Positions 1 to 8,893 of a DNA stretch of 32,000 nucleotides are shown one piece after another; the first letter of the stretch is position 1, and each line of letters starts with the position of its first letter. The position numbers and the translations under genes were made by a program. The DNA is taken from NCBI RefSeq assembly GCF_965223225.1, contig NZ_CBDCVU010000004.1, positions 570,378 to 602,377 on the forward strand. Direction: 5' to 3'. The notes beneath the pieces were generated by a model. That model made no database searches and was not told the DNA's origin. It worked only from the letters and a program-made list of their open reading frames with translations. This DNA comes from Nitrosopumilus sp. GTDB lineage: Archaea; Thermoproteota; Nitrososphaeria; Nitrososphaerales; Nitrosopumilaceae.

Positions 1-2000
1 AACAAAGAGGAATTACCATTTATCAGGCAAACGTTACTTTACATTTTACACAAAATGACAAAGAATATGTCATTAATATGATTGATACTCCTGGACACGT
101 AGACTTTAGTGGAAGGGTAATCCGTTCACTTCGTGCAATTGACGGCGCAGTAGTAGTTTGTGATGCAGTGGAAGGTATCATGACTCAGACTGAAACTGTA
201 ACACGAATGGCTCTAGAGGAGAGGGTAAAACCAGTATTGTTTATCAACAAAGTAGACAGGCTCATCAAAGAACTCAGATTGACTCCTGAAAAAATGCAGC
301 AGCAACTGGCCGAAGTTGTATCTAACTTTAACCAGCTAATTGATACCTATGCTGAACCTGAATACAAGGAAAAATGGAAAGTATCAATTCAGGATGCAAG
401 TGTTACATTTGGTTCTGCAAAGGACAGATGGGCAATCAACGTTGACTTGATGAAAGAGCGAGGAATTACGTTCAAAGATGTAATTGATGCATATGAGAAT
501 GAAAAGGTAGCAGACCTTGTAGAAAAGGCACCACTTGCTGATGCTGTTTTGGGAATGGTTGTAAAACATCATCCCGCACCACATGAGGCAGTAAAGTACA
601 GAATTCCACAAATTTGGAAAGGTGACCTAGATTCAGATGTTGGAAAGGCCTTGCTTGCATGCAGTGATGAAGGACCGACAATCATGATGATTGTAAACAT
701 GGTATTGGATCCTGCAGCTGGTCCTGTGGCCATTGGACGGCTGTTCTCGGGAACCATCAAAGATGGACAGACAATTAACATCATTGATGAGAAAAGAGAA
801 GGCAGAATTCAATCTGTAAACTTTTTCATGGGAAACCAAAGAGAACAAGTAGGACAACTGGGCGCTGGAAACATTCCTGCATTGTTGGGATTAACTGAAG
901 CAAGAGCAGGAAACACATTATCCTCTGTTAAGGATATTCCAATGTTTGAGGGAGTCAAGTATGTCTCAGAGCCTGTAGTTCAAGTTGCAGTAGAGCCAAA
1001 ACATCCTAAAGATTTACCTAAACTAGTAGAAGTTCTAAAGCAACTAACAATTGAGGATCCAAACCTTGTTGTAAAGATTGATGAGGAAAGTGGCGAGACA
1101 ATTGTTGCAGGAATGGGTGTGCTGCACTTGGATGTTGCAACTCATCGTATTCAGGATGCCAAAGTCGAAATCGTTACATCTGAACCTCTGATCAACTATA
1201 GGGAGACTGTAAAGGCAGCATGTGAGCCAATCATGTCAAAATCTCCAAACCGACACAACAAGATATTCATGAAGGTAGAACCGTTAGAGCCTGAAATTGC
1301 ACAAATGCTAAGAACAGGTGAAATCAGTGACCTTAAAGATAAAAAAGTCGTGTCAGACTTGCTCAAGGGAGCCGGATGGGATACAGATACTATCAAGAGA
1401 GTAATGAAGTTTGACTCGCGTGGAAACGTTTTGATTAATGGAACCAAAGGTGTTCAGTTTGTACAGGAATCAACTGATTCAATTAACTCTGGATTTGATG
1501 AAGTAATGAAGGAAGGCCCTCTCTGTAAAGAACAGATGAGGGACTGTAAGTTTACCTTTACTCACTTTGTTCCTCATGAGGATACTGCACACAGAGGTCT
1601 ATCCCAATTAGGTCCTGCATCACGACGTGCATGTATGGGTGCTTTATTGACTGCAGGGACTACAGTGCTAGAACCAACCCTTGCAATTGAGGTTCGTGTC
1701 CCAACTGACTTGGTTGGAAACGTTGCAACAGTAATTTCTGGTAAACGTGGTAAAGTTTTGGATATGACTCAAAAGGGTGCATCAAGTATTGTTACAGGTG
1801 AGATTCCAGCTTCAGAAACCTTTACTCTATCTGAAGAGATGAGAGGCCAGACTGCAGGTCGTGCAACCTGGAACACGTCCTTTAAGGAATGGACAGAAGT
1901 TCCAAAATCTCTTTTGGCAAATGCAGTAGCTGATATCAGAAAGAGAAAGGGATTGGCACCCGAACCACCAAGTGCCAACGAGTTTATCGACAAAGAATAA
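1..2000 (+). CDS. fusA: Translation elongation factor 2 (aEF-2), 5' end cut by window edge
   Basis: Frame is open from base 3 (QRGITIYQANVTLHF...), upstream of the listed ATG at 78. GTPase motifs DTPGHVDF and NKVDR are present, as is the diphthamide loop HEDTAHRG. Stop TAA at 1998-2000. Confidence 0.97.
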   Translation, partial: QRGITIYQANVTLHFTQNDKEYVINMIDTPGHVDFSGRVIRSLRAIDGAVVVCDAVEGIMTQTETVTRMALEERVKPVLFINKVDRLIKELRLTPEKMQQQLAEVVSNFNQLIDTYAEPEYKEKWKVSIQDASVTFGSAKDRWAINVDLMKERGITFKDVIDAYENEKVADLVEKAPLADAVLGMVVKHHPAPHEAVKYRIPQIWKGDLDSDVGKALLACSDEGPTIMMIVNMVLDPAAGPVAIGRLFSGTIKDGQTINIIDEKREGRIQSVNFFMGNQREQVGQLGAGNIPALLGLTEARAGNTLSSVKDIPMFEGVKYVSEPVVQVAVEPKHPKDLPKLVEVLKQLTIEDPNLVVKIDEESGETIVAGMGVLHLDVATHRIQDAKVEIVTSEPLINYRETVKAACEPIMSKSPNRHNKIFMKVEPLEPEIAQMLRTGEISDLKDKKVVSDLLKGAGWDTDTIKRVMKFDSRGNVLINGTKGVQFVQESTDSINSGFDEVMKEGPLCKEQMRDCKFTFTHFVPHEDTAHRGLSQLGPASRRACMGALLTAGTTVLEPTLAIEVRVPTDLVGNVATVISGKRGKVLDMTQKGASSIVTGEIPASETFTLSEEMRGQTAGRATWNTSFKEWTEVPKSLLANAVADIRKRKGLAPEPPSANEFIDKE

Positions 2001-2022
2001 AAAATAGAATCCCCCTCTCTTA

Positions 2023-2044
2023 GGCACGGATTTGTGCTATTTTT
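2023..2044 (+). terminator. Weak hairpin (GGCAC-N6-GTGCT) followed by T5, possible EF-2 terminator
   Basis: The 5-bp stem (one G-U) at 2023-2027/2034-2038 is followed by TTTTT at 2040-2044, about 25 nt after the EF-2 stop. Archaeal termination commonly uses oligo-T. Confidence 0.3.
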
Positions 2045-2115
2045 GAAATGAAACATTGTTTTTTTGATTGAAATCTAAAATACTTCAAAACTAAAAAGAA
2101 GTAATTGGAAAAAAA

Positions 2116-2485
2116 TTGGGACTAGTAAGTCTAATTGAAGCATTAAAGGAAGAACTACGACAGTTGGATGAAAATCCAGAAACACCCCATTTCTTTCAGA
2201 TCGACGGTGCGGAAATAGAAGTAAATGTTACAGTTAATGCTGAAGCTCACGGAGGGGTATTTTTGGGTCGTTCAACTGGGAGGGAAGGTTTCCAAAGAGA
2301 AAATTCACAAAATCAAAGTGAAGTTAAGTACTCTTGAACAAGATGACAAGAAATCTACTTCAGATCAATATGATCAATGGGAAAAACAACATAATGTACA
2401 AATCGTCCGTCCATATACAAGAAAAGCTGCTACAAGAAAAACTGCTTCTAAAAGAAAAGCTGCTCCAAAAAGAAAAACCCCCTAA
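2116..2485 (+). pseudogene. Small trypco2-like protein with Lys/Arg-rich tail, split by a +1 frameshift near 2254-2267
   Basis: ORF 2116-2337 (TTG start) and ORF 2225-2485 overlap in adjacent frames. Joined at the G4-TA-T5 tract they read ...EIEVNVTVNAEAHGGVFWVVQLGGKVSKEKIHKIKVKLSTLE.... The tail is RKAATRKTASKRKAAPKRKTP. Confidence 0.5.
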
Positions 2486-2699
2486 AAAACGATAGAAAAA
2501 CTGCTGTTAAATGATGAAATGATTTAATGACAATGGCAATGACTCATTCATCATTCCATCATCCATACCTTCAATCAGTCCCAACCAAACCTCTTTCTGT
2601 CTGCATTCAGATCAACTTCTCCGGTCTCTTCCTTGATTATTCCAATCTTTGAAATAACATTTTGAATTAACGTGTCTTATTCATACATCTATCAAAAAG

Positions 2700-3800
2700 T
2701 TACCCAAGTTCATAATGTTGAATTCCAATTCTGTCATCCCATGTTGCACCACGGGATATTGCTTCTTTTTTTGATATGGGAGATGATTTTACTTCACAGT
2801 AATCACTTTTGTCATAATAGTCCTCAAAGGCAGTTGCATTCATACTAGGATTACTATAATACGTCCCAAAAATTGCTCCAGTAAGATCAGCATCATCTAA
2901 AATGGTAGAGGATAAATCCGCATTGCATAAAATAGAATAAGATAGGTTTACACCGGACATGTTGGCATCTGACAGGTGGGCATGCCATAAAATTGTACCT
3001 GAAAGGTCAGAGTTAGAAAAATCAGACTTTGTCAAATTAGCATTAGTTAAATCAGAATTTCTCAAATTAGCATTAGCAAATATTGATTTATCCATGGCTG
3101 CGCTCCAAAGAATCATCTCTGACAAGTCAGCTCTTGTTGCATCGACTCTTGTAAGTACGCCATCTCCCATATCTGCGCCTTTCAAATTTGCATCAAGCAG
3201 TACTGAATCCGTCATGTTTACTCGCCACAATCTTGTATCAGATAGATTTGCATCATTCATTTTTGCATTCATTAATTTTACATTCATAAGATTGGCCCCA
3301 GAAAGGTTAGCACTTTCCAGGTTAGCCCCAGAAAGAAGAGTACTCGTCAAATCAGCTTCTCTCATATCAGCTTGGGTCAGATCAGCCCGCACAAGATTAG
3401 CACTAGACAAAATTGTTCCTGACATATTGGCCCCAGAAAGATTGGCGTCTGCCATACTATATCTATTAAAATTTGCATCTGAAAGATCAGAATTAGACAT
3501 GTCGGTATTATCTAACCAGCTAGTTATTCGAAGGTCTCTTAGATCTCGATTTGATAAATCTGTAGTAAATACCATAGATTCTTGAAACTCACCCAAGTCC
3601 AATCTCTCTTCAAAATCAATCTGATTGGCAACTTTCTGGTTGTAAGCAGATTCATAGATAAAACCAAAAACCTCTAAAGACAAACTGTCTTTAGACACAT
3701 CAAGAATAGGTTCACCTACAATGTTGCTGTAAAGTGGAATTGCAGATGTAATTATAATGAAGATGATAACAAAAATTAATGATTTTTGGGTATCGGACAT
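2700..3800 (-). CDS. Membrane-anchored pentapeptide-repeat protein (about 45 consecutive pentads)
   Basis: ATG at 3800. N-terminal hydrophobic segment SLIFVIIFIIITSAIPLY, then about 235 aa of A(D/N)LxX pentads (ANLSGANMSGTILSSANLVRADLTQADMREADL...). Confidence 0.9.
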   Translation of the reverse strand: MSDTQKSLIFVIIFIIITSAIPLYSNIVGEPILDVSKDSLSLEVFGFIYESAYNQKVANQIDFEERLDLGEFQESMVFTTDLSNRDLRDLRITSWLDNTDMSNSDLSDANFNRYSMADANLSGANMSGTILSSANLVRADLTQADMREADLTSTLLSGANLESANLSGANLMNVKLMNAKMNDANLSDTRLWRVNMTDSVLLDANLKGADMGDGVLTRVDATRADLSEMILWSAAMDKSIFANANLRNSDLTNANLTKSDFSNSDLSGTILWHAHLSDANMSGVNLSYSILCNADLSSTILDDADLTGAIFGTYYSNPSMNATAFEDYYDKSDYCEVKSSPISKKEAISRGATWDDRIGIQHYELG

Positions 3801-3882
3801 TATTTGATCCTTTACAGAATTGATAATATTTATTTAGACACGACAAAGAATTTACTATAAGAATTATTCAACATCAACAATC

Positions 3883-4212
3883 ATGAAATTAAACAAAGAA
3901 TTAGTCCTCGGTGTTATTTGTGGATATTTGTTTGTGTACAGTATGATTGCATTTAGGGGAATTGGAATTTTTTATTATTTTCAGTCAGGAACTGGGTGGG
4001 CAGTATCAGTATCAAGTATGATTGGAATTCTTGAAGGTAATTTTTATAATGCTTTTGATGTATTTCCAATTCTTGTACTCTGGGCTTCTCTTCCAATAAT
4101 GATATGGATTACAAAGGATTTGGAATTGAAAAAAAGGATAGTGTATGTAGGTATGTTTGAATTATTTTTCCCCGTAGTGATATGGTTCAACTATGGGTCA
4201 ATTATGCATTAA
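3883..4212 (+). CDS. Small integral membrane protein, unknown function
   Basis: 109-aa ORF with three hydrophobic stretches (LVLGVICGYLFVYSMIAF, FDVFPILVLWASLPIMIWI, VGMFELFFPVVIWF). No family recognised. Confidence 0.6.
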   Translation: MKLNKELVLGVICGYLFVYSMIAFRGIGIFYYFQSGTGWAVSVSSMIGILEGNFYNAFDVFPILVLWASLPIMIWITKDLELKKRIVYVGMFELFFPVVIWFNYGSIMH

Positions 4213-4400
4213 CAAAATAAAGATACAATGCTTTCAAGTAAATCTCATGTAATCTTGGATATGATTATGAAAGAAAAAATCAGATTTCCAAAGTACTGAG
4301 AAATTTAGAAACGAATAAGGAACATTTTTCATAATCACTAGATGGCATTCATGGTTAAGATAAAAAAGATCAGAATGTTTGGAAAAATTCTCGTATTGAA

Positions 4401-4841
4401 TTAATCTAAAACCCATCCTCTGTCACAGGAGGTTCTTAGAGTCTTGCCATTATCATATTTTATTTCAAATCTTGGAGGAACATCAATTTTTTCTACTGCC
4501 TCAAAATAACATACATCTTGAGATCCTTTTCCCAGATCACCCAACACTATGGTGGATTCCTTAAACAATCCATCATTTAGGGATATGCATTGAACATTTT
4601 GTATGTCTGTTCTGTGTGATTCTATTGATACTGTTGCCCATTTTTCAACCTCACATCTTGCATACGCATGAATTTCAGGACGATCATCATATCTTTCATG
4701 TTCTTGTATTTGTGAATAGTTTAGTGCTGCAAAGGAGAAGACTCCGACAATTCCTGCCAAACACAACGCTGCTATGGCATAATTTCTTACAGATGCGCTT
4801 TTGTCAGACAAAACTATACTCCTAGTAAAATGGTGAAACAT
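4401..4841 (-). CDS. N-terminally anchored hypothetical protein with 4 Cys in the ectodomain
   Basis: ATG at 4841. TM segment YAIAALCLAGIVGVFSFAAL is followed by a hydrophilic domain of about 100 aa. No family recognised. Confidence 0.6.
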   Translation of the reverse strand: MFHHFTRSIVLSDKSASVRNYAIAALCLAGIVGVFSFAALNYSQIQEHERYDDRPEIHAYARCEVEKWATVSIESHRTDIQNVQCISLNDGLFKESTIVLGDLGKGSQDVCYFEAVEKIDVPPRFEIKYDNGKTLRTSCDRGWVLD

Positions 4842-5052
4842 GTAGTAATTTCATAATAGAAGAACATACTAATCGATCTTAAGTGTTACTATCATGATCT
4901 TTTCGTAGTGCATATGATTTGTTGTTTTTCTCATGTTTGCTTTTCACAATTACAATAGAGTATCTCGTAGCTAAAAACACAAAAACCAAAATTTCTTTTT
5001 TTAATTCATTTCAAAAATCTAACCGTAATACATAGGAAGAGAAAATTTCAGA

Positions 5053-7749
5053 CTAGTTCATTTTTTTGAGAATATAGCTCAAACCAATTCTGAATCCCTT
5101 CTGTGGATCGTTTTCAACATTCAAAAAGCTCATTCCAAGCTCTTGTGGAAGGCGTGGCAATCGTATGTTGAATATCTTGTAGATGCTATCGAGAATTTGG
5201 AGATTGCTTGCCCCTTCGTTAATCAGGCTCCGCAGTTCTGAGATGGAAAACTGGCTGCTTTGAAGCATAGACCAATTTGTTACCCATTTGCCAACGACAA
5301 GCTCGGGATTGATCATTCTTAGTTCATCATGAAATGGAGTAAAGTCATCAAACCTAAAGAGTTCATCACTTACAGACACCTCCGATAGTCCCTGAATCAG
5401 ATTGCCAAAATTATGGTGCATGTTGTACTCTCCGCTCCCATCGTACCTAAAGTCAAATATCTGGCTGCGAGGGGTAACAAAAGAATCAGACACCAGCATT
5501 CCTTCCCAGTGACCTGCCATCTCATCTTGGGTTGGAGTGTGACTGTACTCATCGCTGTAAAATAGTGTAGACAAGTCTTCTTCTCCCATGAAATCGATAC
5601 TGTAATTTTTGGACATGCTAAAGTCAAACAAGATCTGGCCTGCTCCGAACCTTCCCAAAAACGCCTTTCCCAATATTGTATTCTCGTCTATCATCTTCAA
5701 AATATCATAGGCCTGGTTGTATGGCGGGTCGCGATACTCCAAATGAATTATTTTGCCATGCCCTGCAAGTTCCTTTTGTTTTGCAATGCTTTTTGCAAAA
5801 ACCGGAACGTTAAATGGCTTTGTAACTCCGTTAAACGACTCAGAGTCATTTCTTCTAAACCGCTTGTAAAATCCTCCAAATGTTCTCAGACTGGTAGTCA
5901 TAATGTCCGAGTTTCTTCCATAGAATCCCTTCCAGTAAATGTCATTGTGAATCATTAGGGTTGTTTTATCAAAGGACCAGTTTTGTCCTGGAATGATCTC
6001 ATTTGATTCAGAATTTTGCAGCTTTGAAAAGAGATCTGGTTTGTGTTGGTTTACTGCAAACATCTCCCCTATTGTTTGAGAAAGACAGTTTTCCGGTTGA
6101 GTGATATCGCATGTATTCCCAATAGAGTCTTCAATTGTGATATCAGAAGGCCACGCTCCAAGGATTCTGTTTGCAATCAGCGCACCCAATGCCATTACAG
6201 TCAGCTGTGGGTTTACCCCAAGTGCTGTTGGAAAGACGCTTGCATCACACACATGCAGGTTCTTAAATCCAAACACCTTGCAATCTGAATCGACTACTGC
6301 CTTTGCAGGATCATCGCCTATTCTGTTTCCGCCCTGAGGGTGTGCAGAACCAACCCTGAGGCCGTCAGGATTATTCTTGACTGCCGTTTCTAACTGTGGA
6401 ATGTCTTGTCTGCTTCGAATTTCAGGAACATCGCTATGAGAGCTTACCACATAGTCTGCCCCAATATCAAACCACATTCTTGCCAGAATGGACATTCCTC
6501 GTGCCATGTCATTGATGGAGTCATCTGTTAGTTCGTACTCTACCTTTGGATTATCTCCAAAACTCTTTGTTATCTTTCCAACAGAATCGTCTCGAACCAT
6601 TATTCCTGCAAGAGTATAGTGGTTAAACTCCTTCATCAGTCTGGCATGATCCACGCCAAAGCTTGGTATTGCCAAGGCCATTTGGAAGATTGGTAGGAAG
6701 ATGCTCTCAATTAAGAATCCCCCGTTTTTGACGTTGTTTGTAACGCCAAACTCATGACAAGTATAAGACATCGGGATTCCCCTGTTTCCATAAATATCTT
6801 CTTTAAAATGGCCCATCACAAATGGGGCCGGATGCAATGCAAGCCCATTGCCGATATTGTCATTTGCAATTCCTGACTTTTGCAACAAGTTCGATGATGC
6901 AATAGAACCAGCACTAACAATTACCACTTTGGCATTGACCCTGATTCTATATGTCTCATTTCCTGATTCATCTACAAAGGAGCCTTCGACACCTGTTGCA
7001 ACTCCGTTTGAGTGAATTATTTTTTTGACATCACAATTACAATATGCTGTAAAGTCATTACTGCTGTTTACTGCATCATGGATGTAGGTAACTAACATGC
7101 TCTGCTTTGTATCATAATGACAACCAAGATGGCAAAACCCACATTGGACACAAGACTCTAGTGTCGAATCAGTCCAGGAGTGTCCGCAGTTTCTCTCATT
7201 TACCCTGTGTTCTGTAATTGGGTATCCGTTGACTCTTGTTACAGAGCATGCGTCTCGAAGTTTCTTTGCATTCTCATTTAGTTCATCTTCTCTAACAGTT
7301 GTAACATTGATTCTAGCTGAGACCTCGTCGTTTGCCGAATCCCATTCTTCTTTTGGGATGTTGACACCGAGGTCATTCCATTGCTTTATCACTATGTCTG
7401 GTATCCTGAAACATACTGCATCATTAATTACGGTAGATCCGCCAAGACAAGAGCCTTGGGCAATTGCAATCTTTAGATTGGATGTAAAGTTTGCACCGCT
7501 GTTCTTCCAGAGAAGGCCTATCATGTCATTTTCACGCTGATTCATGGATTCGCCATCATAATACCCACCCTTCTCAAGCAGAACTACTGATTTTCCAGCA
7601 GATGCGAGTTTTTCGGCAATAATTGCGCCAGCTGCCCCTGAACCAATCACGCATACATCGACATTTCTTACGACATCGTTCTCAATTACTTCGTATGGCT
7701 CTGCACGTTTCTCAAACTTTTCAGTACCATAGATAGTATTCGCCATCAT
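5053..7749 (-). CDS. GMC-family FAD oxidoreductase fused to two C-terminal GXWXG/DUF4334-like modules (898 aa)
   Basis: Carries the Rossmann motif VCVIGSGAAGAIIAEKLASAGKSVVLLEKG. The Cys-rich insert CVQCGFCHLGCHYDTKQS is typical of GMC enzymes. The GMC C-terminal signature is present: HPQGGNRIG...VVDSDCKVFGFKNLHVCDASVFPTALGVNPQLT. A further ~350 aa follow, containing GHWEG and a duplicated (Y/H)DxL(K/R)MI(D/N)...(L/V)GK motif. Confidence 0.9.
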   Translation of the reverse strand: MMANTIYGTEKFEKRAEPYEVIENDVVRNVDVCVIGSGAAGAIIAEKLASAGKSVVLLEKGGYYDGESMNQRENDMIGLLWKNSGANFTSNLKIAIAQGSCLGGSTVINDAVCFRIPDIVIKQWNDLGVNIPKEEWDSANDEVSARINVTTVREDELNENAKKLRDACSVTRVNGYPITEHRVNERNCGHSWTDSTLESCVQCGFCHLGCHYDTKQSMLVTYIHDAVNSSNDFTAYCNCDVKKIIHSNGVATGVEGSFVDESGNETYRIRVNAKVVIVSAGSIASSNLLQKSGIANDNIGNGLALHPAPFVMGHFKEDIYGNRGIPMSYTCHEFGVTNNVKNGGFLIESIFLPIFQMALAIPSFGVDHARLMKEFNHYTLAGIMVRDDSVGKITKSFGDNPKVEYELTDDSINDMARGMSILARMWFDIGADYVVSSHSDVPEIRSRQDIPQLETAVKNNPDGLRVGSAHPQGGNRIGDDPAKAVVDSDCKVFGFKNLHVCDASVFPTALGVNPQLTVMALGALIANRILGAWPSDITIEDSIGNTCDITQPENCLSQTIGEMFAVNQHKPDLFSKLQNSESNEIIPGQNWSFDKTTLMIHNDIYWKGFYGRNSDIMTTSLRTFGGFYKRFRRNDSESFNGVTKPFNVPVFAKSIAKQKELAGHGKIIHLEYRDPPYNQAYDILKMIDENTILGKAFLGRFGAGQILFDFSMSKNYSIDFMGEEDLSTLFYSDEYSHTPTQDEMAGHWEGMLVSDSFVTPRSQIFDFRYDGSGEYNMHHNFGNLIQGLSEVSVSDELFRFDDFTPFHDELRMINPELVVGKWVTNWSMLQSSQFSISELRSLINEGASNLQILDSIYKIFNIRLPRLPQELGMSFLNVENDPQKGFRIGLSYILKKMN

Positions 7750-8333
7750 TGATCATTCCATGACAGTCTGTGGGTATGAGGGCATCGCCAAGGATATCTG
7801 TCCACTTGAGGACCATCATATCCAATCAAGTTCCACTTTGGCTCATTTGTGTACAAAAGCCATGCATTGAGACTTTGCAGTAACAGTTGAGATGCATTTG
7901 TAATATCATCAGTCAAGTCTAGGGTATCGCCAATTCTGGCAAATGCTGTCATCCTTCTTGTGTTTACAGAATCATATGGGCTTGCAGTATAGTAATCCTT
8001 TTGAGGAATTGTAATCTGAAATGATAGATTTTCTGAATCATCAGGACCTGATGGATTTTGTGGTTTTGTTTTGTGTATTATTTTTCCAACGGAATCTCTA
8101 ACTATGACAAAAAGTTCTGGCCTTCCCTCAAACCAACTTTCTTTGAACAAGTCATCATCAAATGTAACTTCAAATCTTCCCGAATCATCAGTCCATGATG
8201 AACCCAAAAGATCATCAATCCTGTCATCAAACCAATGCTGATCATCATCTAAGACTTCTACGTAAAATTTTGATTGATTGTGATTTTGTATTTCTCCGCT
8301 AACGGTATAGATTGCCACAAGTCTTTTAGTCAT
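7746..8333 (-). CDS. Transthyretin-like beta-sandwich protein with unknown C-terminal half, translationally coupled to the GMC gene
   Basis: The N-terminal ~95 aa (VAIYTVSGEI...FYVEVLDDD...DDLLGSSWTDDSGRFEVTF...PELFVIVRD) resemble transthyretin/carboxypeptidase-regulatory folds. Its TGA overlaps the GMC ATG as ATGA (7746-7749). Confidence 0.7.
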   Translation of the reverse strand: MTKRLVAIYTVSGEIQNHNQSKFYVEVLDDDQHWFDDRIDDLLGSSWTDDSGRFEVTFDDDLFKESWFEGRPELFVIVRDSVGKIIHKTKPQNPSGPDDSENLSFQITIPQKDYYTASPYDSVNTRRMTAFARIGDTLDLTDDITNASQLLLQSLNAWLLYTNEPKWNLIGYDGPQVDRYPWRCPHTHRLSWNDQ

Positions 8334-8352
8334 GCAATACTAATAAGATTTT

Positions 8353-8775
8353 ATGTTTCATTTTGAATATGATCAGGAAATCTATGATGAAGTAAAAAAT
8401 TCAAAACGGTACTATCTTGCTTGGAGAAATCAAGAAAAGACATGGAGATACAGAAACTGTTCTGTTAGAGTTATCGGGATGGATGACAACAGAGCTCGAG
8501 TAATTGTTAGAAGAAAAAAATCAGGATACTCCAAATTCATGGATTCTGACTTTGAGGTAAATCTCATGATGGGATTTGTAGCTGTCAACGTAGAAAGAAA
8601 AGAAGATGAAAACCGCCGAAGCATACTCTTCTTTGAGATTGAGCAAAGCAACGACAAGTTTCACAGGGACCTGAAAAATATCAAAATCTGGTCTGAATAT
8701 GAGCATGAAACTGAAGATCTCTACAATGTCATACTGCAGCAAAAGAACAATCCCCAAGACACCAACTATAATTGA
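8353..8775 (+). CDS. Hypothetical protein
   Basis: 140-aa ORF with ATG start and normal composition. No motif recognised. It lies only 19 bp from the divergent gene at 8333. Confidence 0.55.
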   Translation: MFHFEYDQEIYDEVKNSKRYYLAWRNQEKTWRYRNCSVRVIGMDDNRARVIVRRKKSGYSKFMDSDFEVNLMMGFVAVNVERKEDENRRSILFFEIEQSNDKFHRDLKNIKIWSEYEHETEDLYNVILQQKNNPQDTNYN

Positions 8776-8893
8776 GGCAGACTATCTTGAGCGAAACAAT
8801 TCAATGGTTCCAGTAATCTATCAACCAAGAGTTGATGCTCTGGGAGAACTTTCTCAGAGAGATTAGCACGTGCACAGAGAAGAAAGTGACAGT

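Noticed and set aside
384-2056. Eight short minus-strand ORFs (60-95 aa) overlapping the EF-2 gene
   Set aside because: They are antisense shadows inside a strongly supported, highly conserved CDS. Their sequences are Cys/Phe/Leu-rich and low in complexity, with no motifs.
2511-2517. ATGATGA words at 2511 and 29117, and on the minus strand near 29468, considered as C boxes of archaeal C/D-box sRNAs
   Set aside because: No CTGA D or D' box lies at the required spacing of about 12 nt or 50-70 nt, and there is no terminal helix. The word is expected by chance in AT-rich DNA.
2959-3585. 208-aa plus-strand ORF antisense to the pentapeptide-repeat gene
   Set aside because: The 15-nt periodicity of the pentapeptide repeats keeps the complementary frame open. 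Its product (…LALVKSEFLKLALANIDLS…) merely mirrors the repeat. The minus-strand frame has the canonical A(D/N)LxX pattern, an ATG start and a TM anchor.
4234-4416. 60-aa minus-strand ORF downstream of 4401-4841
   Set aside because: It overlaps the 3' end of the better-supported ORF, its composition is Phe/Asn/His-rich and AT-driven, and it has no motif. It is probably intergenic.
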